NCBI GenBank assembly: GCA_949358305.1
Contig: OX442314.1
Span: forward strand, 4,464,001 to 4,528,000
DNA length: 64,000 bases
Source of the DNA: Strigamia acuminata
Taxonomy: Eukaryota
Direction of reading: 5' to 3'
Part shown: positions 34,500 to 46,100 of the stretch, in pieces
How the letters are laid out: every line of letters begins with the position of its first letter
How positions within the stretch are numbered: the stretch's first letter is position 1
Position numbers and translations under genes: made by a program
Notes under the pieces: model-generated
Told to the model about the DNA's origin: nothing
Databases searched by the model: none
The model's input: only the letters and a program-made list of their open reading frames with translations

Positions 34500-34797
34500 A
34501 CCCTACTCTTAACTAATTTGTTGTTCGCTTGACGGTGAGGAATTTGCTGTGTCTTGTTGTACGTTTGCAGTTCTGCCTTGAAAAGGGAGACCCCAAGCTT
34601 TAATGCATGAAAGTCATGCGACTGCCCGAGCCAATAGCAACTAGGACAACGTCCTTCAATTCCCCCTAGGACACACACCTGTTTATAGAAGTGGGTCCTG
34701 AGAAAAGGGAAAAATTACCTTTTTCAATGGTGACTCAAAAAGGGGTCAACACCAAGAATTCCCTCTTGTGTTAACCCGGCATTTCTGGGTCACCACA
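34500..34797 (-). mobile_element. Truncated Gypsy LTR fragment related to the LTR of element D
   Basis: Ends GGTCACCACA like elements A, C and D; shares GACGGTGAGG..TTGCTGTGT with about 59541-59562. Confidence 0.65.
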
Positions 34798-35731
34798 CTT
34801 TTCATGGTTTTGGTTATTTGCGAGACAAATGAGTATAAAGGATTAAGTGGCTAATAATTACATTTATTATATTGACAAATGTGTTCATAAACTTGTGAAT
34901 TTTGAGTCCTGTATGCAGAAGAGATATTGTGTGCTTTTGAGTTGATTTGGCAGCTGTAGTTTCTGCTGTTAGACTCTTGCCGAGTTCAAGGTGAACTGAC
35001 AACACCTGTGTATTCACACATCGTGTCGTAACCTTGATTCCGGTAAATAAACTTACACAATATCTTACAATAATAACCTTTTTATTGAACACTGTAATAT
35101 TACAATAATACTTAACAATGTTGTGGTCTCGGATCCTTGTCGGCGGATACGATTTGTTGCTGCACGGCAGTCTTACACGTGGCTTCTGGTTGTCTAGGGT
35201 TAATGGCGTCCTGGCGAAACACGTGTTCGCAAAACGCTTCGGCGATGGTGAGATATTTCGGTCGTAGTTTTGCTACGACAAATATCTTTGGCTTGGTGTT
35301 ACAGATGACTTGGGCAACTGGCATCGGTCCTCTATCAATCCGTGGTGTTCGGCCTGAAAGGTGAGGTGTGATGCTACTGTTGCTGCGATATATCTGTAAG
35401 TGGCGCTTCCGGTCAAAACACGGGTTTAAATACCCCTAGTGACCGGAAATGACGTATTTGCATAAATTCGGGGAATTATGCAAATGGTTGACGTCATCAT
35501 TACATTGATTCCGCAGAAATGGTAAAACTAGTTTAGCTAGTTTTCTTTGTAATAATCATTTCGTGTTACATTTCAGATCAAAGAATAATATAATTCATTT
35601 ATCATACACCCATATATTTTACTAAAACATTTTGTGACCTCGTGGTCACCACACGTCCCCTCCTCAGCAATGTCGTTATAAAATTAAAAGATAAATGACA
35701 TTGCGAAATTTCTCTTTAAAAATGTTTTTGA

Positions 35732-36095
35732 CTACATCTTCCTTTCGAGTGACTCCTTGAGGGCACTCACAGGAGGAGGTGGGGTGGTTTTTCTTCTGCC
35801 GGTGGTTGAGCCACGGTATTTGCGTTTTTCGGTGGTGAAGTAGGCGATTTTCTTGTTTAGTTCCTTAATTTGTTTTTCTAGCCATTCGGTATTTAACCAT
35901 TTCTTTTTGATTTCATCCTCCGATTCATCAGTCGAGTCGTTTTCCAGTTCGTTGTCTAATTCGACGTTTAATTCGTTTTTTCCGGTAGTAATTATTTCGT
36001 TAGTCGGTGTATTATTCGTCTCGTCAGGGGTCTGGTCATCCGGGCGTGTAGCAGACAGATTTAGTTTTTCTCTGTCTGCTTCAACCAGTTTTTTG
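35732..36095 (-). CDS. Short -1-frame trans-frame extension of element C gag (pol relic)
   Basis: The -1 frame is open past the in-frame slippery site A AAA AAC near the gag end; no protease motif. Confidence 0.55.
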
Positions 36096-38628
36096 TTATT
36101 TCGTCGAATTTCGCTGTTAGCTTTTCTAACATTGCGGCCATTTCGGCGGCTCTTTTCTCTTCCTTCCTCTTTTTTCGTTTCGTACAGTCTCTCCTCCAAT
36201 GTCCCAGCTCATTACAATAATTGCAAGGTCTTGTGGTAGAGCTTTCCGCCCGCCTGAATGATCGTTTCGTGAAATCCCTTTTTTCGTAAGGCTTGTCATT
36301 CTTTGGGTTGCGATGCTCGGTTTTGTTCGCGTCGCCTTCTGAGTTTTGCTCGGAGTTGTCTTCTTCACTTTCCCTCCCGTCTTCGAAGTTAGGTGTATGG
36401 GTTTCCGTACTAGCTTGATAAGCTTTTGGGGCTGGGATCGGATTAGAAGTCGACTTGTCGCTGGGTTTCTTCGGTGGGGCCGCCTCTATGTCTCCGTTTA
36501 GGAACGTTCGCGACCGGATTAACCGCCCCGCGTCGTTATTTCTGGCGTGGATTCGCTGTATGCGAAGCTGGACCAATTTTCTTTCTTCCGGTGTCAGAGC
36601 GTCTGTATACCGGTCATTTACTTCTTCGTGACGTTTATCGACAAATTTCAACAGCTGTTCGAAGCTGTCGGTTGTTGGAGCGTTCATGTCGCGAAGCACC
36701 TTTTTGGATGCTTCGTTCAATCCTTTATCAAAAATTAGTCGTTGAGCGTAAGCGTCCAGCGGAGTATACAGTTCATTGAAAAGACTTTTAGCTCGCAGAA
36801 AATAGGCTCGTAGCTCTTCTCCGGTCGCCTGCTGCATGAGACTGACTCGTTGTCTAATCTCTTTCTGTGTCTCGCCATATTGTGTATTGAAGGCGACCAC
36901 AAATTGCTCCCAATACTTCAAGTTCGCCTCCACATACCATTCTCTCGCCTCTCCTACCAGCATTTCTGGCAGTCCCTTAACTACCATTTCGTCCGGTTCG
37001 GCTCCGAGTCTCGAGATGGTGAGTGCCACCTCATTTAGAAATTTATTTCCTGCCCTCCACGTACCGTCGAATTTCATCAGGCGCAGCTGGGGCCACTTGA
37101 TGTTTCGGTCTTTGTTATCTAGCGCCCAACGGTCGGCTGAATATTTTCGGAGTAGGTTTTCATTCCGTTCGTCTCGTTCATCCAAGTCTTGGTTTCGGCC
37201 GGTCCGTGAATCGGCACGTATGTGTTCTTCTATCATTCGTAATCGCTCTTCCAGTATGGGGTCGGATTGGCTCTGACTCCCATAATTCGATGAAATATTT
37301 CCGTTTGGAGGAAGGAATTGGTTATTTTGCGAAGAATTCTGGTGTTGGGGAGAATTTTGATTGGTTAAATTTGGAGAACTCGCGGCTAGTTGAGTTCCGG
37401 GGGGAGAGATTCCATTTACGGCTGTTCCGCTCAGGACTCCATTGTTCTGTTTTATCAAGACAGTTGATTTCCTCCCTCCGTATGACTGCGAATTAATCTT
37501 TGCGGCTTCTCTCTCGGCGTCGTTGGCAGCTTTGATATTGGCTTTAGCTGCCTCGTTAGCTGCGTCGACGTTGGCCTTAACCACTCTGATGTCTTCAAGG
37601 CTTGGCATTGCCAACCTATCTTGTCCCTGTTGATTTCTGACCTGGTTTTTTTGTTTAATTAACCGTACCATTTTGGAATTTGGGTCGTTCGGCGTTTGGC
37701 TGGTATGGCCAGCTTTAGCGGCGAAAGATTGTGCGAAAGCCCACGATTGTCTTCCTCGATTGTTGCGACTATCCTGCTGAAAAGCTTCCAAGAATTCGTT
37801 CTGCACTCCGACTGGCTCGTCCACGATACTAGCCCATCCCTGGACGTTAATTCCTTTCGAATCGAGCGAATCAGCTTCGCTTTCGTCGTCCGCGTCGGAA
37901 CTGGTTCGGGTCGAGTCGTACGAGTCGGTCGTCTGGTTATTCGTTTTTTGACGTTTGACAGCCTTCTTCCCTCGTCGGATAGCTCTTTTTTCCGCCCGTT
38001 CTCTTGTCAGCCGGAGTATCGTTTCCAACTGGGCCAATGGGTCTCCATTTTCGTCAAACGGTATCCCCTCCAATCGGGCGATCGCATAGGCTTCCATACA
38101 TTGATTAATCTGGGATCGCGTTGAATTATAGCTGTGTTGGATGGTTACTCGATTGCGTTGAGTTCCGTCGTCGTCTCTATCGAACAGGCTAAACCCATTT
38201 TCATCCTTGTCGGATTCTTCTTCTATCGTTTCCGTAAAGTCGGGTTGCGTATTCTTGTTCGATGGTTTCGGAGTTTTTTCGATCGGTGTTTTGCCGACAG
38301 ACGTTCTTTCGACGTGATTCGGCGTTTTTTCGATCAGTGTTTGTCCGACAGACGTTTTTCCGGCGTGGTTTGGAGTTTTTCCAATCGGTGTTTGTCCGAC
38401 AGACGTTTTTTCGGCGTGGTTCGGAGTTTTTCCAATCGGTGTTTTGCCGACGGCCGTTTTCTCGACGTGGCTCGGCGTCTTGGTAACTCGGTTTCTTTCT
38501 ACGGGTTCCGGCGGCGTCGTATTTAACTTCGGGCTGGCTAACGCTTCGGCTGCCGCCTTGGCTTTTTCCATGGCGGCTTTTCGGGCGCTTGCGGTCGGAG
38601 GTTTTCGGTTCTTATTACTTTTCGTCAT
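36061..38628 (-). CDS. gag: Gag of element C, with 4 x 17-aa KTP repeats and a CCHC knuckle
   Basis: CNYCNELGHWRRDC; RNIKWPQLRLMKFDGTWRAG aligns with element A RTIRWDHIKPALFDGEWEAG. Confidence 0.9.
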   Translation of the reverse strand: MTKSNKNRKPPTASARKAAMEKAKAAAEALASPKLNTTPPEPVERNRVTKTPSHVEKTAVGKTPIGKTPNHAEKTSVGQTPIGKTPNHAGKTSVGQTLIEKTPNHVERTSVGKTPIEKTPKPSNKNTQPDFTETIEEESDKDENGFSLFDRDDDGTQRNRVTIQHSYNSTRSQINQCMEAYAIARLEGIPFDENGDPLAQLETILRLTRERAEKRAIRRGKKAVKRQKTNNQTTDSYDSTRTSSDADDESEADSLDSKGINVQGWASIVDEPVGVQNEFLEAFQQDSRNNRGRQSWAFAQSFAAKAGHTSQTPNDPNSKMVRLIKQKNQVRNQQGQDRLAMPSLEDIRVVKANVDAANEAAKANIKAANDAEREAAKINSQSYGGRKSTVLIKQNNGVLSGTAVNGISPPGTQLAASSPNLTNQNSPQHQNSSQNNQFLPPNGNISSNYGSQSQSDPILEERLRMIEEHIRADSRTGRNQDLDERDERNENLLRKYSADRWALDNKDRNIKWPQLRLMKFDGTWRAGNKFLNEVALTISRLGAEPDEMVVKGLPEMLVGEAREWYVEANLKYWEQFVVAFNTQYGETQKEIRQRVSLMQQATGEELRAYFLRAKSLFNELYTPLDAYAQRLIFDKGLNEASKKVLRDMNAPTTDSFEQLLKFVDKRHEEVNDRYTDALTPEERKLVQLRIQRIHARNNDAGRLIRSRTFLNGDIEAAPPKKPSDKSTSNPIPAPKAYQASTETHTPNFEDGRESEEDNSEQNSEGDANKTEHRNPKNDKPYEKRDFTKRSFRRAESSTTRPCNYCNELGHWRRDCTKRKKRKEEKRAAEMAAMLEKLTAKFDEITKNWLKQTEKN

Positions 38629-40142
38629 TTCGATGGTTTGCAAAGTTCAAACCGTAAGATATGTTTATTTAAAATAGTTTGAATGTTCAAAACTATCCCG
38701 GACAGACCCCCACGTGTCGTAACCTTGATTCCGGTAAATAAACTTACACAATATCTTACAATAATAACCTTTTTATTGAACACTGTAATATTACAATAAT
38801 ACTTAACAATGTTGTGGTCTCGGATCCTTGTCGGCGGATACGATTTGTTGCTGCACGGCAGTCTTACACGTGGCTTCTGGTTGTCTAGGGTTAATGGCGT
38901 CCTGGCGAAACACGTGTTCGCAAAACGCTTCAGCGATGGTGAGATATTTCGGTCGTAGTTTTGCTACGACAAATATCTTTGGCTTGGTGTTACAGATGAC
39001 TTGGGCAACTGGCATCGGTCCTCTATCAATCCGTGGTGTTCGGCCTGAAAGGTGAGGTGTGATGCTACTGTTGCTGCGATATATCTGTAAGTGGCGCTTC
39101 CGGTCAAAACACGGGTTTAAATACCCCTAGTGACCGGAAATGACGTATTTGCATAAATTCGGGGAATTATGCAAATGGTTGACGTCATCATTACATTGAT
39201 TCCGCAGAAATGGTAAAACTAGTTTAGCTAGTTTTCTTTGTAATAATCATTTCGTGTTACATTTCAGATCAAAGAATAATATAATTCATTTATCATACAC
39301 CCATATATTTTACTAAAACATTTTGTGACCTCGTGGTCACCACAATAGTTTTCCAGCAACATGTTGACTGATTATAGTTCAGTGCAACTTTCTTTGTCCT
39401 GCTATTCAAAAATTAATTGGAAAATTGTGGGTTGAATTATTTATGTTATGACAGGAAAAAGCAAGAAAAACCGATAATGAGCTTATATAGGAACTTTGCA
39501 AAGACTTTCTTTGTTTCAATGAAAAATTAATAAAATGACGCGAACAATTAACTATGATTAACCGAAATATTGTAAAAAGATCACAGCTTTTGTCTTCAGT
39601 TGGGAGCCTATACATTTTACAAAAGTTACTCGTACATCTTAAATACAAAATTTAAGTTCTAACAACGTTATAAAAGTTACATACTCTAAATTGCTCGCGT
39701 GATTTTGTTAATGTTTCATTGATACAGAGGCAGTAGCCCAGTTGCAAACTTGGCAAAGTTCCTAAAATTATTATCGGTTTTTCTAGCTTTTCCCTTCTGT
39801 CACAACATCAATAATTCAACCCACAATTGTCCAATTAACTTCTAAATAGAAGCCAACGAAATTTGCACTGAACTATAATCAGCCAAATGTTTCTGAGAAA
39901 CTATGTGTGAATACACACATGTTGTCAGTTCACCTTGAACTCGGCAAGAGTCTAACAGCAGAAAATACAGGTTCCTACTCAATTCAAAAGCACACAATAT
40001 ATCTTCTGCCTAACGGATTCTAAATTCACATGTTTGTGTTACTACACATGAACAACTGCAATCAGATTTGTCAACTGGATAAATGTAATTATTAGACAAT
40101 CTGTTTTTTTATTCCTAATTTTTCGTGCGAATAACCAAAATT

Positions 40143-43100
40143 ATGGAGAATATTGAAACCACAAGAAGAAACAAAAAACTGCGTCTAAAAATTCATCAAT
40201 TAATGAGAGATGATGCGAAGAAACCAATTTGCCAATTAACAGGTTTGGATGATTTCATTAACAGTAAACAACGGTGGAACAACCATCACGCCCTATTATG
40301 GCTTCTTTTGTTCATATTTTGCACAAGTATTCTCACTTACCAAGCTTACGACAGAGTAATGCATTACTTAAGTTATCCCACGGCTGTTGACGTATCGAGT
40401 GGATCGGAAGATGTCATTTTGCCGTACTTGATGATCTGTAGTGGACATACAAAAGAAATGGCCAGGCTTTGGAATAAAACCCATGCACATAGCAAAACTT
40501 ATGAAATGGACGAATCAGGCAACCTTAAGTCATTTGATTGCCTAAACATGGTGAAAACTCTTATGGCAACCCCAACTCAGCACATGGATGAAGTTTGGAA
40601 TGCAACCAATTTGACCAAGGAAATACACAGCATAAAAATGAAGGTAAAAGCAAAAATAAAAAACTACCGGTATTATGAACAATAAAATAACTGATAAGTT
40701 AAACTTCTTTAGGGATATACAAACAACAGCTTTGTCCAGACGGAAATCGAAAGCTCTTTCGGAATTTGCTCAGCATTTAAATTTAGTAAACACTACAGAT
40801 AGTAAATAATTTTCACTCCAGAGTGTACCAGTTGAATAATTTTTGTAACAATTAGAGATAGTAGCTGCATTCAAAAACTCTAAAACGTATGCAAAACTCG
40901 TTTCGTGTCTGTATGTGTGACGTCATTCCCATTGAATAACATGGGAATGACGTCAAATGTACAAACACGAAACGAGTTTTAGAGGCGTTTTAGAGTTTTT
41001 AAATGCAGCTACTGTGAATTTTTTGACATAGTTACTGTAAACAGGAAGTGGTGAGTGCCCATTACAATGCTGCCTCTAAAAATATCCTGCAGTTCTTCCG
41101 AAGATATATTTAATTGATACACTTAAATTGAAACAACCGGTTAACTGTATACGGATTACCGGTTGTTTTACTAGCAGTCCTTTCTGGGCTGACTTACTTG
41201 GTACTGCATCGGTACATGGTTTATATATAAATAGGCGTATACACGTATATTATTGCTTAAAAGTTATCTTTCGCTTTTGGTTAGATGAGAATTCTAGTAA
41301 ATCATTTGTTGGAAAAACATTAACAGTCAATTTTGAAAAATTTTATGACGATTTCTGCCCGTTTTCTGGATACCGGGTAATATTTAAAATATTGTCAATG
41401 ACAACACAATTCTGATAATTCTCTTTTCTTTTTGATTAGATTATGTTGACATTATACAATTTTGGACAACTCCTTATGAATATGTATAAACCCAGTGGTG
41501 CAACAATGAACATCAATTTGGGTTATGACAAAGTAACAAGAACATGATTAAAAATAACATCTACACTAATTAAATCTATTTTAAATTTTAGTATATCTTT
41601 CTGAACTCCTCAAAACATCCATGCTCCGATGAAAACGAATTCAGAGATTGCTACCAAAAGTGCTTGATTAATGCATTGGAAAACAAACTGACCTGCAGGT
41701 ACTACTACATTTCAAAAGTTTAGAAAGTGAGTGAAAAATTCACTCACTTTGTGAATAACACCAAAAATATGACTTAAAAGTTAAGCAAAACCAATTTATA
41801 CCATCAGATTTGAATAAAACAATCATTTTTCATCTAAAATAGCTTATAGTTACATATATTTAGTTATATAGTTTAGTTACAAATCGAGATTTTCAAAACC
41901 TCACTTGTGTCAAAAGTTTAGAAAGTTGAAAAAATCATTTCATAAGTTTAGAAAGTGCAAAATAATTTCTTTATTTCGATTTGAAAATAGGACATTACAT
42001 ATAATTTTGTTTATTATTTTGTTGGATGGCCTCTGGATCGTATGACTGCCTTCAATCTGCGAGGTATTGTAGTCTGGGGCAAAACTAAGTTAACAATTGC
42101 GACATTTGAATCTCACGGCTGCATCTCAAGAATAAAAGGAGGAAAACCAATGAAATTTTAACTGAATACTAGTCCAACATTCTGCTTTGTTCACCTAAAA
42201 TTTTATGACAATCTATCCATTGGTTCTAGAGAAAAAAATTATTTTATGAAGTGACTGCCCTGAAAAAATAGTTCAGTGTTGGTTTGAGGATGCGAAAGGT
42301 TGGAAATCTCCAATCCATTGAAGAAATAATGGATACTAATGTTTACAGAGACAATTTAGAAAGAAATCTCGAGGAATAAAAAAATATTGGGGTTGGTTGA
42401 AGCAACAGGATAACAACCAAACACATACATCAAAATTTGCGTGAGAATATTTCACACCAAAAAAAAATCAGACATCTTCAATGGCCTTCTCAGTTATTTG
42501 AAACTTAATCTAATTGAACAGTTAAGAGATGATTTCTTGATTTGAACCAAAAAGTTTCTCTAGAGTTGAGAAAAAAATGTTCCGTAGTTGAAATTAGCTT
42601 TGCTTGATGTTTGGGTGTAAAGTATGTCTAAAACAGTGCTACTAAAATTGCTTGAAAGTATGGCTGAATGATTGAAAGCAATAGTACAAGCTAAAGGAGG
42701 GCCAACAAAGCATTAACAGACATTGTTGTAAGGTTTCTCGATGGTTAACAGAGTTTGTTAACTTACCTTTGCCTCTTAAATTTTGATGTCACTTCATAAA
42801 ATAATTTTTTCCTCTAGAACTAATGGATAGATTGTCATAAAATTTTAGGTGAACAAAGCAGAATGTTGGACAAATATTCAGTTAAAATTTCATTGGTTTT
42901 CCTCCTTTATTTATGGAGATACAGCCATGAGATTCAACATGTCGCAATTGTTTTGCCCCCCACTGTAGTGTCTACAATGCCTCGCAGATTGAAGGCGGTC
43001 ATACGATGCAGAGATCATCTCACAAAATACTAAACAAAAAAATGAAAATGTCCTATTTTCAAGTCGAAATAAAGGAATTATTTTGCACTTTCTAAACTTA

Positions 43101-46100
43101 TGAAATGATTTTTTCAACTTTCTAAACTTTTGACACAAGTGAGGTTTTGAAAATCTCGATTTGTAACTAAACTATATAACTAAATATATGTAACTGTAAG
43201 CTATTTTAGATGAAAAATGATTGTTTTATTCAAATCTGATGGTATAAATTGGTTTTGCTTAACTTTTAAGTCATATTTTTGGTGTTATTCACAAAGTGAG
43301 TGAATTTTTCACTCACTTTCTAAACTTTTGAAATTTAGTAGTATATCTTTTGTTGCATCTGGTTTTCCATCCAAGGCACCAAGCCCGTGATAATACATGT
43401 GGTGTGTGGCATTGTAAACAATCCCACAAAACGCTAACCGCCAGACACAGTTAAGAATGCTGAGTTGCTGTTTTGACATACTGATAGAAATTGTTGGAGG
43501 GAATTCGCAGATATTGTGTGACCGTCTGGCCACTCAGGGTGACCTATGTACGTCACTGCCACACACCGCCTTACGGACCTAAGGTCAAACCCTATTGGGT
43601 GAAGTGACCTAGCCTGGGAGAAGAGCGGCAGAGCAGAGTGTAGAGAGTCTGTCACCGTGGAGCAGTGCTGGACTGACCCGGCGGGCTACCAGGAGTTTCC
43701 CGATGGCCCGTGGCTGCTGTGGTCTGTCGCGGCCTGCTGTGGCCGGTCCCGATTTCATTAATTGTGGCTTGGACACGCAGATTTTCCCGGCAATAAATTT
43801 GTTCCCAGTCCAGCCTGCCGTGGAGGGACAAAGGGCTCTCTCCGACCGTGAGAGCAAGAGAGGAGCTGTAACCATTTAAGGAACAAGGCATGTCCCGGGC
43901 TGTGGACTCTGCACTCCTCGCCATTCACCACAGCGACGCTCAGTGCTATGGCGGTCTCAATAGTATATTCTCCATGAGTGGCTGCTGCGGGTCGTAAGTG
44001 AGTACGACATGAATGTAATGTTGAACCGACCACGTCACCCAGTGGGCTCACGCCCTGTGTGTGATAGGTCGGTTGCCGGTGCGGTGTTCCATCGTGGCAC
44101 CCCCACAACGAGTGATGGGATTCCCCATAGCCCTACACTGGGAGAAATAATAGGTGTAAAAAGGTGCCTTTTAATTTTTTTAACACCTACAAAGGTGTTA
44201 AAGAGTGTAACAGGGAGGTGTGAACGAAAATGGAGTAAAAATGGTGTAAAATGGCAAAGTTACACCTTCGGATAAAAAGGTGTAATTCTTCTAAAAGGTG
44301 CATATAGTTGTTGCAAGGTGTAACTGGGAGGTGTGAACTGATGTGGGTGTGATGCTACTCCATAGTGGGGCAAATTTACACTTATTTTATAACACCTCAA
44401 AGTTGTGTATACCGTACTCTCTAATAGAGTTCTTTTACACCTGTTAATCAACACCTCAAAGGTGTAATATTACTACATAAAGGAATCTACTTACACCTTT
44501 TTTTGAAAATAGTTTAAAGGAGTAAGTTTCCACCTAAGGATGTACCATGACACCCACAAGGTGTAAACGCATGAAGATGTAATATTTACACCGCATGTTC
44601 ATTACACCTCAATGATGTAAGTTTACTCAAAAAAGGAGTCTGTATAGGGACAAGTGTTTTACACCTATAAAAGTGTAACTTCACACCTTTTAACACCTAT
44701 ATTTCTCCTGGTGTAGACAACATTAAAGACCAACAACCAATAATAGGGAGTTTTCGTCATTTATTATTGAGTATGCGTCCACACCAGGCCTACTGGTTCC
44801 CTAGTTAACATGGCAAAGACCATATTAGTCACAATTGTTTTAGACTTAAGTCGTTTATTTCATTCCACTCGCATGACCTGCACGTACTGGCTCCAAAAGC
44901 AGAAATCTCCAAGTCATGTTCTGGGTCGTGAGATTACACAACAACTCTCCCTGGCGGGAATCAAAGTGACACAAATCACAACAACACAAACTGTTTTGTC
45001 TGCGTTTATTCCTTCACTGAGCAAAAGTATACAAAAATTAAACAGAAAAAAAATCACTTTTGCAAATCACTTTTTGCAAATGGATACAATGATCATCAAA
45101 CAACTTCATTGTTCATTGTGCTCTCCAATTTTGAGATCTATATATACTTTTAATTTTTATACTCTAATTTCTTATATAAGACCTGGTTTAAATCCCACTT
45201 TTGTCAAATCTCACACACAATCCCTTAAGTTGCAAAGCACAGACGAACACAGAATTTAAAGCGTGCCATTTGCCAGATAACCCAAATTGTCAGTATTGGC
45301 CACATCTGATCAACCGGCCTCCAAAGGGCTCAATAGAACAATGGCCAAAAATCGGGTTGATTTAATGGTGAATCCTAATCATCTTAATCCTATGATCAAT
45401 TTCCTAAACAGGAAGTGAGTGTCAGATAATAGAGAGATTCAGAGAGTCAACACTTGCACTAGTATTATGAAAGAGGAGGTCCTTCCTAATTGAATGTCAT
45501 TTTCTATCTTTAAGATTGCCTTTAGTGAAGATGAATTTACCACTTTGTAAATGTTCAAACGCTATACACGATCAATATGGCGTCATAAATAAATTGATTG
45601 ACACCACAGATCCAATTACTACTTGTTCGTGTCGTCGTCCATGTCAGCAGTTAGCTTTTACACCGTACACAGATCCTGGTGATTCAGGTAGTCACAAACT
45701 AATGACCTTATCTTTTGAACTAACAAATGAGAATATCAACGTGTATGAAGAACGTTACATCTACGACATTATTGCCTTACTGTCAGATTTAGGAGGCAAT
45801 CTGGGCCTGTTTCTGGGTCTATCGTTGCTCTCATTACCTGAAATCACTTGGTATTTACATTGGATTGTTACAAATCGCAAAAAGAATGTCGATGAGATTC
45901 ACCATCTTTATGAGATGTGCAAAAAAGAAGTCATTGCAAGTGAAGAGCAAATTAAAACTGACGCAGTTTTAAGAAAGCTTAAGTTTGTGCTAGTTGTAAT
46001 TAGTACAGGATTCACTCTATACTTGTTGCAATATCGCTTAAACTACTACTTGGAAGAACCTGTGTTAAAGGTTGTCACCGTAGTTCAACGTCGCCACACG

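Larger units (their letters stand above)
35024..39344 (-). mobile_element. Gag-only non-autonomous Gypsy element C
   Basis: 630-bp near-identical LTRs at 35024-35653 and 38715-39344; PBS TGGGGGTCTGTCCGGGAT (38712-38695, tRNA-Pro-like); PPT GAGGAGGGGACG; TSD ATCG/ATAG; no pol. Confidence 0.93.
34801..40150. repeat. Degenerate foldback/inverted repeat (left arm 34801-35023 plus 39345-39500; right arm about 39760-40150), split by element C
   Basis: For example TTCTGCTGTTAGACTCTTGCCGAGTTCAAGGTGAACTGACAACA is reverse-complementary to about 39920-39963. Confidence 0.75.
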
